The notes beneath the pieces are model-generated. The model was not told the origin of the DNA. It did not search any database and worked only from the letters and a program-made list of their open reading frames with translations. A DNA stretch of 56,500 bases from a virus (lineage: Duplodnaviria; Caudoviricetes). The first letter of the stretch is position 1, and each line of letters starts with the position of its first letter. Made by a program: the position numbers and the translations under genes. The DNA is taken from positions 1-56,500 of the IMG/VR virus record IMGVR_UViG_3300035703_000116. One strand, 5' to 3'. This document shows, in pieces, positions 28,133-35,954 of the stretch.

Positions 28133-28169
28133 ATTATAGCACGTAATAGCTTACTTGTCAAGCATTTAT
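28133..28169 (-). promoter_or_regulatory. Early promoter repeat copy 5
   Basis: ATAAATGC-TTGACA-agtaagctattacgtgc-TATAAT. Confidence 0.92.
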
Positions 28170-28184
28170 TTATCTAGCAAATAA

Positions 28185-28463
28185 TCAGAGCTGACAATTC
28201 TCATCAATTGCCCAAAGATACAAACGCATCTCTGAGACCTCTAAATCCAGATCACAATACTCATCACGCTCAATAAACAGCCAGAAATAACTTCCTGCGC
28301 CATCATTGTTTTGCATAATCCAATGCCCACCACGATAAACAAAAATCTTTTCTGGTGGAGACTGCTCAAGCTGAAAAATCTCTACAGCATCAAAATCAAT
28401 CTTTTTGAATTCTTCGACAGAAACCTCTTTGCGAGAGTTCTGCCAGTCACGAAACTTTGACAT
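28185..28463 (-). CDS. Hypothetical early protein
   Basis: Single gene between repeats 6 and 5. Confidence 0.68.
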   Translation of the reverse strand: MSKFRDWQNSRKEVSVEEFKKIDFDAVEIFQLEQSPPEKIFVYRGGHWIMQNNDGAGSYFWLFIERDEYCDLDLEVSEMRLYLWAIDENCQL

Positions 28464-28520
28464 GTTCTGAAATAAATAAATTGACAACAGCAAGAAACTT
28501 TGCTTTTGCTGTATGACTAG

Positions 28521-28557
28521 ATTATAGCACGTATGACGTTACGTGTCAAGCATTTAT
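28521..28557 (-). promoter_or_regulatory. Early promoter repeat copy 6
   Basis: ATAAATGC-TTGACA-cgtaacgtcatacgtgc-TATAAT. Confidence 0.92.
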
Positions 28558-28814
28558 CTAGCTATGTTTTTAGTGAAAATTTTACTTTCACAAACATCGC
28601 ACTTCAAAAATCTGTCATTTTGATTCACGCAGTCTGTTTTAATAATCCAGGGCGCAAGTAATGCAAATCTTTCTCTAAAAATATGACAACAATGACTGCA
28701 GGCAACGAAATTTCCTTGCGTCAAAACATATCTTGTTCTCGCATGTTTCTTTTGTGTTAAATACTGCGACGCAAGAATGTCTGCGGTGCGCAATGAAAAA
28801 CTCTTTGAACTCAT
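28554..28814 (-). CDS. Hypothetical Zn-finger protein
   Basis: CSHC...CDVC. Confidence 0.55.
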   Translation of the reverse strand: MSSKSFSLRTADILASQYLTQKKHARTRYVLTQGNFVACSHCCHIFRERFALLAPWIIKTDCVNQNDRFLKCDVCESKIFTKNIAR

Positions 28815-28934
28815 CAAGCTATACAAGAAATGAATAATCGCTTAGCCCGCTCAGAATCCTCTGTGAGCCTCAGAAATCCCCTCGGCGTGGGATAAATCCT
28901 TCGAGGGGAGACAGTCTCGCTGCGGGCGCAGGAA

Positions 28935-29558
28935 TCAGGGGCTCAGCGGTAATAAAGCACCCCACTGCTCACCCATCGCCTCAGCCACTCCCAAATAAGT
29001 TCGACTGCGATTTTTTTGTCTTTCCGGGCCGGGCGGTTCATAATGAACGCGATCAGTCTCTGAAGGATGCAGAAATAAAATCTGCTCCTCTACGTTATTT
29101 GTTACTTTAAGTTTGGGAAGATTCTTCAACCAAAAGCACGTTTGCTTTCGCTCTGGGTGCCCAAAGAAATACGGCTGAATCTTTTGTGAATAGTTTGGAT
29201 TGATCAATCTCTGCCTTGCGTGTGAGTGCATGATTGGGTTTTCAATACAGATTCTTGGGCACGGGTGTGCAAGAAATAAATTAAAAAAATCAACTGCGTT
29301 AAGCATTTGATCCCATCGCCCAGGAGTTTTTCTCAACCATTGAACACCAGACTGCGCGAGATAAGTGCAAGGCGGATGAGAAATAACAAGATCCCAGTCT
29401 TCAGAAAGAATTTCCAGCACATCTCCCTGATAATGTTTGCTGTTTTCTGTTGTTGGGAGCTCTGTTTCAAGAAGATCGCAGGAGACTGCGTAATGCCCTC
29501 TCTTTGCAAATGCTTCGCGCACCCTTCCTGAAAATTCACAGGCGACAAGAACTTTCAT
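28935..29558 (-). CDS. Short DNA cytosine methyltransferase-like protein
   Basis: MKVLVACEFSG, CDL, WDLVISHPPCTYL (PC catalytic motif), IENP, RSRTYLGVAEAMGEQWG. Confidence 0.8.
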   Translation of the reverse strand: MKVLVACEFSGRVREAFAKRGHYAVSCDLLETELPTTENSKHYQGDVLEILSEDWDLVISHPPCTYLAQSGVQWLRKTPGRWDQMLNAVDFFNLFLAHPCPRICIENPIMHSHARQRLINPNYSQKIQPYFFGHPERKQTCFWLKNLPKLKVTNNVEEQILFLHPSETDRVHYEPPGPERQKNRSRTYLGVAEAMGEQWGALLPLSP

Positions 29559-29734
29559 AATGTTTTTTTGATGCGAGCATGTAAATCTTTGTAGATCACT
29601 TTAGCCTCTTTCCATGCACGCTGATTTTCTTCTTTGTCACCGTTTTTCACAAGAGGGACAAAGTTTTCTCCGTAGTTGTGCATGAAAGAAATAGCACTGA
29701 GTAGTGCTATTTTCTCCTTCTTACTTAGGCTCAT
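29555..29734 (-). CDS. Hypothetical protein
   Basis: 59 aa MSLSKKEKIALLSAISFMHNYG; ATGA overlap with the MTase-like gene. Confidence 0.5.
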   Translation of the reverse strand: MSLSKKEKIALLSAISFMHNYGENFVPLVKNGDKEENQRAWKEAKVIYKDLHARIKKTL

Positions 29735-30044
29735 TTCTCAACTGCTCAATCAACATTTCACATTCTTTAGTTTTTTGCTGAGACACAGTTTCACAAACAA
29801 TAAGAAGCTCCTCAACTGTTAGATGTTTTAGAAAGTTTGACTGCATGTCAGCAAATGGGGTGGCAGCTCCATAATCCTCCTCCTGTAGGCACATGCGAAA
29901 CAAATGAATCGCTGCCATCAAAAATTCTGATTCAAACAAATAAGCATACAGCAATTCCTCTGGGCTGAGTTTTGACGCATCTCGTTCACTGTTTTTCCAT
30001 GAACAATAATTGTCAAGCAGTTGATCAAATGTAATCACTTTCAT
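29721..30044 (-). CDS. Hypothetical protein
   Basis: TAATG overlap with upstream ORF. Confidence 0.6.
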   Translation of the reverse strand: MKVITFDQLLDNYCSWKNSERDASKLSPEELLYAYLFESEFLMAAIHLFRMCLQEEDYGAATPFADMQSNFLKHLTVEELLIVCETVSQQKTKECEMLIEQLRNEPK

Positions 30045-30592
30045 TATCTTTTGAGCTCCTGTTTTTGCATAAAAGCTGAATCACAAATCTCTCGCATTGT
30101 GACAGGAGCTTCTCCGCCAGAATTATCATAAAGATACTGCGGAGTGGGATCAATAGTTCCGAACTCGATTGAAAACTCCCTGCCTTCGTTTGTCATGTAT
30201 TCAGCGAGTGCAAATAATTCATCGGGATCAGTATCTTCTTCTGTCGCGCCGGTCTTTTCTTTTAGCACCCAATGAACGTCGTGCGCATGACTAAAATTGA
30301 CCTGATAATAAACAGGCTGAGCTGCGTCAGATTTTGAAACAATCTGTGTCGCATCAATAAAGATTTCACATTCATCAGGGGAATCACCCCCATGAATTTG
30401 TGCGATCACCTGCAACACATCTTTCATGCCGCCCTCGCCATGCTCTTGAGAAACATTTTTCTTGAAGATTTTTTCCTCTTGACTGTAACGAACTTTAGTA
30501 CGCTGAACAATCCAAGTAGCAGTGTTTGACATTTCTTTATCGTAGTAATCTGGTGGATCAAGTGGGCGAGGATCGTAAATAAAATCAGACAT
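30044..30592 (-). CDS. Acidic hypothetical protein
   Basis: DPTPQYLYDNSGGEAPVTMRE C-terminus. Confidence 0.68.
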   Translation of the reverse strand: MSDFIYDPRPLDPPDYYDKEMSNTATWIVQRTKVRYSQEEKIFKKNVSQEHGEGGMKDVLQVIAQIHGGDSPDECEIFIDATQIVSKSDAAQPVYYQVNFSHAHDVHWVLKEKTGATEEDTDPDELFALAEYMTNEGREFSIEFGTIDPTPQYLYDNSGGEAPVTMREICDSAFMQKQELKR

Positions 30593-30788
30593 TTTGAAGT
30601 TCAGCAATGCGAGCCTGTGCAAATCGAGAACCAGGACCGTACTGTTCGTAAAGTTCCGGCCAAGCATTCAAAATCTTTGCTTTGTTTGTAAGATCAGCAG
30701 CGCAGTAAGCATCTGCGAGCTTTTTGCAAAATCCGCCGCCGTAACGACGCATCGTTTCCACAAAAATGTAATGGTCGTCTGGAGTCAT
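30585..30788 (-). CDS. Hypothetical early protein
   Basis: MRRYGGGFCKKLADAYCAADLTNKAKILNAWPEL. Confidence 0.75.
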   Translation of the reverse strand: MTPDDHYIFVETMRRYGGGFCKKLADAYCAADLTNKAKILNAWPELYEQYGPGSRFAQARIAELQNV

Positions 30789-30834
30789 GTTTCTGAAAGA
30801 TAAAAGAAGCACAGCTTTTGTGCTGTACGATTAC

Positions 30835-30871
30835 ATTGTACTACATGCTCGACGCATTGTCAAGCATTTAT
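30835..30871 (-). promoter_or_regulatory. Early promoter repeat copy 7
   Basis: ATAAATGC-TTGACA-atgcgtcgagcatgtag-TACAAT. Confidence 0.85.
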
Positions 30872-31170
30872 TTGTCGTCGTCAAATTTGTAATTTTTTAG
30901 CCCCGTCTCAAGAGATCGACGCAGATTGCCAACAATTTTTTCAATCAAAGAAAGTCCCCTCAAAACTCTAAATAGAAAGTCAGGGCTGATTCTATCGTCT
31001 CGATGAATCAACTTTTCAGTTGTCGTAAATCTGCTTGAGCAATTTTTACAGACGCACCTCCTCTTGATTTCATTTGACTGGGGGCGAGATTCGATAACTT
31101 TTCTTTCCGTGCACTTACAAAAAGGACACTGCACGCCCCCTTTCCTCGCATTTAAGTTTTTATCTTTCAT
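30868..31170 (-). CDS. NrdR-like Zn-ribbon protein (no ATP cone)
   Basis: CPFC..KVIESR..IKRRCVCKNCSSRFTTTE; ends DDK* within repeat 7. Confidence 0.75.
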   Translation of the reverse strand: MKDKNLNARKGGVQCPFCKCTERKVIESRPQSNEIKRRCVCKNCSSRFTTTEKLIHRDDRISPDFLFRVLRGLSLIEKIVGNLRRSLETGLKNYKFDDDK

Positions 31171-31571
31171 GCCAAATAAATCCTCCCATCATCATCAATG
31201 AGAGCAGTAAATTCAGGTTGAGACTGTGCGGCGTCAGTAAGAATTTGTGAAACCTCAGAACTCCAGTCGCCATCCCAAAATCCCGCGCCATGTCTGTTAC
31301 GAGTTAGCACGTAGTCATATTCAGTTTGATTTAATGCGGGCTGCTGGACATCATAAAAATCATCAATGCAATTCCACTTGTCTCCAATTGCTGCAGTGAT
31401 CTTTTCTTCAACGATTGAAATAAACTGCTGATACTCGGTGTAGAGCTTTTTGAGCGATTCTTCTTCAAAGTTTGCGATTGAATAATTCTCGTCAAGCGGA
31501 TCGCCGTATTCGTCGGAATTGGTGTATAAAACAACTTCAGCGAGCGCAGTTAGAGTTGGGTTCATTTCCAT
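31167..31571 (-). CDS. Acidic hypothetical early protein
   Basis: DYVLTRNRHGAGFWDGDW. Confidence 0.75.
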   Translation of the reverse strand: MEMNPTLTALAEVVLYTNSDEYGDPLDENYSIANFEEESLKKLYTEYQQFISIVEEKITAAIGDKWNCIDDFYDVQQPALNQTEYDYVLTRNRHGAGFWDGDWSSEVSQILTDAAQSQPEFTALIDDDGRIYLA

Positions 31572-31580
31572 GATTGATTC

Positions 31581-31895
31581 TCAGTAAACATTACCCAGCT
31601 TGAATTCATTGAGCGCAGACTGAGCAAGCTCGACGGCGACAAATGAAATAATCTCATTCTTTTTCTCAAAAACGAAATGCCTGTCTTCTGAGTATTTTGC
31701 CCAAAACAATGGATACCAGAGATGAACGAAGGTAGTTGCGCGAGAAACAGCGCTGGGCATGTAATCAAAATTGCCCTCTTGAGATTCTGCGTAAATCTTG
31801 CACAAATCTTTTAAGAGTTGATTGAACGTGCGCCCATCGTGATTCTCAACAAACAGCAATAAATGCTGAATGTCTTGCATGTGTCTGAGTTTCAT
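31581..31895 (-). CDS. Hypothetical early protein
   Basis: First ORF after repeat 8. Confidence 0.62.
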   Translation of the reverse strand: MKLRHMQDIQHLLLFVENHDGRTFNQLLKDLCKIYAESQEGNFDYMPSAVSRATTFVHLWYPLFWAKYSEDRHFVFEKKNEIISFVAVELAQSALNEFKLGNVY

Positions 31896-31943
31896 GAATC
31901 CACTGAAAAAGAAAAAGACCACTCTGTGTTGAGCGGTCTTTGT

Positions 31944-31980
31944 ATTGTAGCGCGTTACTCGTTACTTGTCAAGTATTTAT
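31944..31980 (-). promoter_or_regulatory. Early promoter repeat copy 8
   Basis: ATAAATAC-TTGACA-agtaacgagtaacgcgc-TACAAT. Confidence 0.85.
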
Positions 31981-32280
31981 TTCTTGAGCTTTATCACAAA
32001 TCTCTTTGTATGTGACAGCACGCATGTCGTCGTCAAATCCCTCTGCTTCAAGAATTTTCTCTCGCAGCTCAGAAAGAAGCTCGACGTGTTTCATGATTAC
32101 ATCAGCCTTGAAGGCAAGTGCTGAGTAAATCTCTCGACTAACCCACGGCGCAAAAAATGCAGAAATCTGCGCCCTTCTTTTTTCTTTTTTTAGTGCTTTG
32201 ACGCAATCCTCCATTTGCATAAATAAACCCTGCATCAAAGCATTAAGCTCGTGCAAATACAATTCAGACTGCAGTTTCAT
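31969..32280 (-). CDS. Hypothetical protein
   Basis: Stop codon lies in the -35 box of repeat 8. Confidence 0.6.
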   Translation of the reverse strand: MKLQSELYLHELNALMQGLFMQMEDCVKALKKEKRRAQISAFFAPWVSREIYSALAFKADVIMKHVELLSELREKILEAEGFDDDMRAVTYKEICDKAQEINT

Positions 32281-32282
32281 AA

Positions 32283-32741
32283 TTAGTTCAGAAATTGATT
32301 AGCTTTTCCATTGAAAACCAAATCGACGACCTCCTCAAAGGTGATCGGTATTACACAGTAATCAAAATCTCCATCACCCTTTATGATAAAGAAAAACTTA
32401 GAACTTTCAAGGATAATTTTGCGTTGAATCTCGCCAAGTCTATCATGCTTGAACATTCGCATCAGATTGACCTCTACTGCAGTGAGTTCATATTCTCCTT
32501 CCTCCATTCTTTCTTTTTCGTAAAGTTTACAGTACATTGGTAGAAATTGAGATCCAAACTCGTGAATCCACCAAAGGCGAACATCACCAGGTCGTGAACG
32601 ATTTACCAATTTTCTATCCCACACAGAAACATCCGTGCTATTGTGTTTAACGACATTCTCCGCCTCATAGCACATCCACTCGCATAGCGTTAAATTCCGC
32701 AAGTTGCGTTTAACGGCTTGTTGTCTCGTGAGGATTTGCAC
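32283..32741 (-). CDS. Hypothetical protein
   Basis: GTG start assumed downstream of repeat 9. Confidence 0.6.
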   Translation of the reverse strand: MQILTRQQAVKRNLRNLTLCEWMCYEAENVVKHNSTDVSVWDRKLVNRSRPGDVRLWWIHEFGSQFLPMYCKLYEKERMEEGEYELTAVEVNLMRMFKHDRLGEIQRKIILESSKFFFIIKGDGDFDYCVIPITFEEVVDLVFNGKANQFLN

Positions 32742-32767
32742 TTCTGTTTGTTTTATGGGACAAAGGT

Positions 32768-32803
32768 AGTATAGCATTTTACAGAAAAGGTGTCAAGCAT
32801 TTA
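32768..32803 (-). promoter_or_regulatory. Early promoter repeat copy 9 (divergent)
   Basis: TAAATGC-TTGACA-ccttttctgtaaaatgc-TATACT. Confidence 0.8.
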
Positions 32804-33661
32804 AGTTGTACGTTTTTGATTATTTGCTGATAAACCACAAACAACCTCCTCTGGGGTATTTCCGCAAAGAACAATCTTGTAATAAAGAAAATGGTAGTCC
32901 AATTTGTATTCTTTAGCGAGATCAACAAGAGTTATGCTTTTATTGTAAAATTTAATATAAATTGTATTTCTTCTTCTCATCATATTCTCCCCTCTGGTTG
33001 CCCAGCCACAAAGGCCCGGGCCGTAAACCATGTTGTCTTTTTGAAAAATTTCCTTGTCAAGCTGATGATCGGCGGAAGGGCGAGGGCCAAGATCAAAATA
33101 AAAGTTCTGAAATGATCCTCCTTTATCTGGATTCCATCTATCGCAAACAGTTACACCTCTGGCTCCGTAATGAGCGTAACCTGCATTTGTCGGATCAAAA
33201 CACCTATTTAACATATGCCTCCACGCCTGATATTCTCTTGACTTCGACATCCCATGATCTGTTTTTAATTTGTTTGAGCAATCTAAACAGCAAACAGACT
33301 TGCCATGAACCAATCCAATTAGTTCAAGATTTTTTTCTATGCCACAAGAGCAACGAGCTAGTACCCGTCTAACCGGCTTGCCGGAGCGGACATTTGCCTC
33401 TACCTCGCAAATAATAGTCCAACTGCCAAATTTTTTACCAGGAAAAACATTAATACTCCTACGCTTTTTGCCACTGCATTCTTTGCAGCATGTTGATGTT
33501 TTGCTTTTTAACGCAACCTTTAAAACAAACGATTCATTTCCACATGAGCATCTGACAGGAACATGGAATACGCTACTTAATGAACTTTTCTTAAACTCGT
33601 CACCAATTACTATCCATTCACCAAATTTTTGGCCAATGGACAGTGGTATTCTTTTAGGCAT
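32801..33661 (-). CDS. HNH homing endonuclease with Cys-rich repeats
   Basis: Two GxKFGxW..RCSCG modules, then WRHMLNRC, YGARGVTVCDRW, HQLDK..YGPGLCGWAT; same family as 4513-5463. Confidence 0.85.
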   Translation of the reverse strand: MPKRIPLSIGQKFGEWIVIGDEFKKSSLSSVFHVPVRCSCGNESFVLKVALKSKTSTCCKECSGKKRRSINVFPGKKFGSWTIICEVEANVRSGKPVRRVLARCSCGIEKNLELIGLVHGKSVCCLDCSNKLKTDHGMSKSREYQAWRHMLNRCFDPTNAGYAHYGARGVTVCDRWNPDKGGSFQNFYFDLGPRPSADHQLDKEIFQKDNMVYGPGLCGWATRGENMMRRRNTIYIKFYNKSITLVDLAKEYKLDYHFLYYKIVLCGNTPEEVVCGLSANNQKRTT

Positions 33662-33722
33662 CGTTCCAAATACGACTTGGGATGATCAAGAGCCAGGAGC
33701 GGGAACTCGCTGGCTCGCATAA

Positions 33723-34283
33723 TTAAAGCACGGTCACATCAAGATCGGGATAAATCCGCCGGTCTGCGAGCCGTGGCAAAATTTTTCTTGCTTCGGCGTA
33801 AGGGAGGAACGGCTCAACCCTTACGAATCCCATGCCCGAATATGGTGACACCCATTTAGCAATACTGTTCGCAACATAGATTCTTGGAAACTCCTCAAAA
33901 CTTCCAATCCAGATGCAGCCCTCATCTATTGGGGTCTGTGAGTTAAATCTCGTGCGCACAAATGGAAGAAATGCGCCTTCAGGTAAAGCACTCTGATCGT
34001 AACTTGTATAAACTCCACCCCATGCACGCATCTGAAGTTGAAAGTATCTGTCAGTAAACAAACCCGCAATCTCAAATTCACTCATCGCATTATTTTCAAT
34101 CTCCTCAAGCGACTCATAAATGTCTTTGAATCTTGTTGTGTAGTTTTTATTGTTGGACAAGGCTTCTCTGCATAGATGTAATCTCTTTTTCACCTGATTC
34201 GCCGTTATTAAAAGCTCTCCTCGTTGCGAGTATTTCGCACAAAATCTCTTCGCTACTTTTCGTGTCATACCTTTCGACTTCAC
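33723..34283 (-). CDS. Hypothetical protein (start uncertain, possibly 34085)
   Basis: ORF overlapping its upstream neighbour. Confidence 0.5.
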   Translation of the reverse strand: MKSKGMTRKVAKRFCAKYSQRGELLITANQVKKRLHLCREALSNNKNYTTRFKDIYESLEEIENNAMSEFEIAGLFTDRYFQLQMRAWGGVYTSYDQSALPEGAFLPFVRTRFNSQTPIDEGCIWIGSFEEFPRIYVANSIAKWVSPYSGMGFVRVEPFLPYAEARKILPRLADRRIYPDLDVTVL

Positions 34284-34737
34284 TCATGATTGGGCGCTTG
34301 GTCACAATAAACCCTTTCAGATACTGATGCAGACCCCAGCAGTAATCTTCTACTTGCAAATTCCATAACCACTCAAGTATTTCAAATGATCTTCTTCTGC
34401 ACCAATACCAATAATTGCGAAACTTGACAGCATCTTCTTTTTTAGAGACCTGCGCAACATAAAAAGTTTCTTGACACAAAAACTCTTTTACTTCGGGCGC
34501 CCCAATACGAGTTATGCAATAATAGTTGCCCCAACGATATTTAAGTTTTACATGCGCCTTCAGAACTTGAAAATAAAATCTGCGTCGCATGACGTACAAA
34601 GCTCTTTGCTTCCAATAAATCGACGCCGATCTTCTTTTTTTCTCTCGCTGAAATGAATGCCCTTGGGGGCGCAGGAGAATTCCGTGCTTAAACGCTGACT
34701 TCGTAGCCTTGGGCACAAATTTCTTGCTCTCACGCAA
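34147..34737 (-). CDS. Basic hypothetical protein (start uncertain)
   Basis: 196 aa ORF next to the strand switch. Confidence 0.45.
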   Translation of the reverse strand: MRESKKFVPKATKSAFKHGILLRPQGHSFQREKKRRSASIYWKQRALYVMRRRFYFQVLKAHVKLKYRWGNYYCITRIGAPEVKEFLCQETFYVAQVSKKEDAVKFRNYWYWCRRRSFEILEWLWNLQVEDYCWGLHQYLKGFIVTKRPIMSEVERYDTKSSEEILCEILATRRAFNNGESGEKEITSMQRSLVQQ

Positions 34738-34780
34738 GATTGTAAGTTACAATCGTCGCAAGCTTTAGGAGCTTCATGTC

Positions 34781-34963
34781 GTGCTTCCCTTCTTCTTCTG
34801 CGTGATTCTGCCCGGTGGGGCAGACAAATCGAGCGACGAAAAAATCGTCTCGGGCCGCCTCATGCAACGAACCATCTCAGAAGCAATCAGGGCGGTGGAG
34901 GAGCTTTATCCGAGTGCGCTAGAAATCAGGGTCTACAAACAAAAAGCCCTGCAGCCACTTTGA
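34781..34963 (+). CDS. Hypothetical protein
   Basis: First plus-strand ORF; overlaps the next start. Confidence 0.45.
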   Translation: MLPFFFCVILPGGADKSSDEKIVSGRLMQRTISEAIRAVEELYPSALEIRVYKQKALQPL

Positions 34964-35229
34964 AATTCCCCGCCAGCGACGAAGAAAAAATGCTCGTGCA
35001 TCAAGCCATGCGCGAGCTGAAACAATCTCTTGCAAAATCAGCGCAACTCGCTGAACATTTAATTTATTTGCTTGACGATAACTTTCTAGCTATTACTGCT
35101 GAATACAGAAAAGAGCTTTTTCCGAGCATGAGCAAAATCGAAAGTGCTCTTTGGCAGTTAAGCATTCGCTTTTTCAAAACACTGACGCAAAAAGAAAGAA
35201 TCATTAAAAGCGAGAGCGAAGCTGAATGA
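34960..35229 (+). CDS. Hypothetical protein
   Basis: 89 aa ORF. Confidence 0.55.
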   Translation: MKFPASDEEKMLVHQAMRELKQSLAKSAQLAEHLIYLLDDNFLAITAEYRKELFPSMSKIESALWQLSIRFFKTLTQKERIIKSESEAE

Positions 35230-35260
35230 ATCACAAATGACCCTGATCCGCTGACTTGTA

Positions 35261-35289
35261 TTGACAGATCTCGCACTCCATCTTACACT
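35261..35289 (+). promoter_or_regulatory. sigma70-type promoter
   Basis: TTGACA-17bp-TACACT. Confidence 0.75.
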
Positions 35290-35316
35290 TAAGAGGTTCT
35301 ATGCAAAAACCCTGTC

Positions 35317-35559
35317 ATGACTAGACGCGAGAGAGTGAGGTTCAGACCCGGAGACCTCGTGTTCGTCCGCTTCCACGGGGAGCAGGAGTTTGAAATTGTT
35401 GAAGAAGTGCAGTGTGATTCTTTTCTCCCGCACTTCAAATGTAAAACCTGGGGCGGGCGCAGACATGATTACTGGGTGTTCCCACAAATTCATCTTTCTT
35501 CTAAATCAATTCAAACATTGATTCAAGAAGCAAATCGCAAGCAACTTTCTCTCATCTGA
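35317..35559 (+). CDS. Hypothetical protein
   Basis: RFRPGDLVFV; follows promoter. Confidence 0.65.
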   Translation: MTRRERVRFRPGDLVFVRFHGEQEFEIVEEVQCDSFLPHFKCKTWGGRRHDYWVFPQIHLSSKSIQTLIQEANRKQLSLI

Positions 35560-35567
35560 TCAGAAAC

Positions 35568-35954
35568 ATGGCAACTTTTCTTTCTCGTCGGGAAGCTCAG
35601 GAACGTGCGCGTCAAGAAAAAGAGCAAAAGCGTCAAAACAAACTACGTCATAAAGATTTGATGTGGGCGGCTAAGCGACGCTATCTTGATGATAACGAAT
35701 GGTATGAACTTTTTGTTCTTGATCGCACATTTGGGCAGTGGGGACCAGAACAGGCGGAATACGAATTTGGGGTGCTTTCAGAATTGCGTGAATTTTTTGC
35801 GCGTCACGCCGTTGGAAGCAAGTGCCCACACATGAACGCGCTTGAGCGTCATCTTGCACTGCATAACGAAAAAGAAAAAACAGAGGCAAAGCAGAAAAGT
35901 AAAAAGCTGGTTTATGCGCATCCTAATGAGGAAAAACTTGCAAAAGCAAAATGA
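35568..35954 (+). CDS. Hypothetical protein
   Basis: 128 aa ORF. Confidence 0.65.
   Translation: MATFLSRREAQERARQEKEQKRQNKLRHKDLMWAAKRRYLDDNEWYELFVLDRTFGQWGPEQAEYEFGVLSELREFFARHAVGSKCPHMNALERHLALHNEKEKTEAKQKSKKLVYAHPNEEKLAKAK

Noticed and set aside
26209-28543. NtcA box in promoter spacers
   Set aside because: The dyad is GTA-N6-TAC, not the GTA-N8-TAC required for NtcA.
21887-32803. The ~36-bp repeats as a CRISPR array
   Set aside because: Copies are 0.4-2.6 kb apart, separated by intact genes, and match a sigma70 promoter; no cas operon is present.
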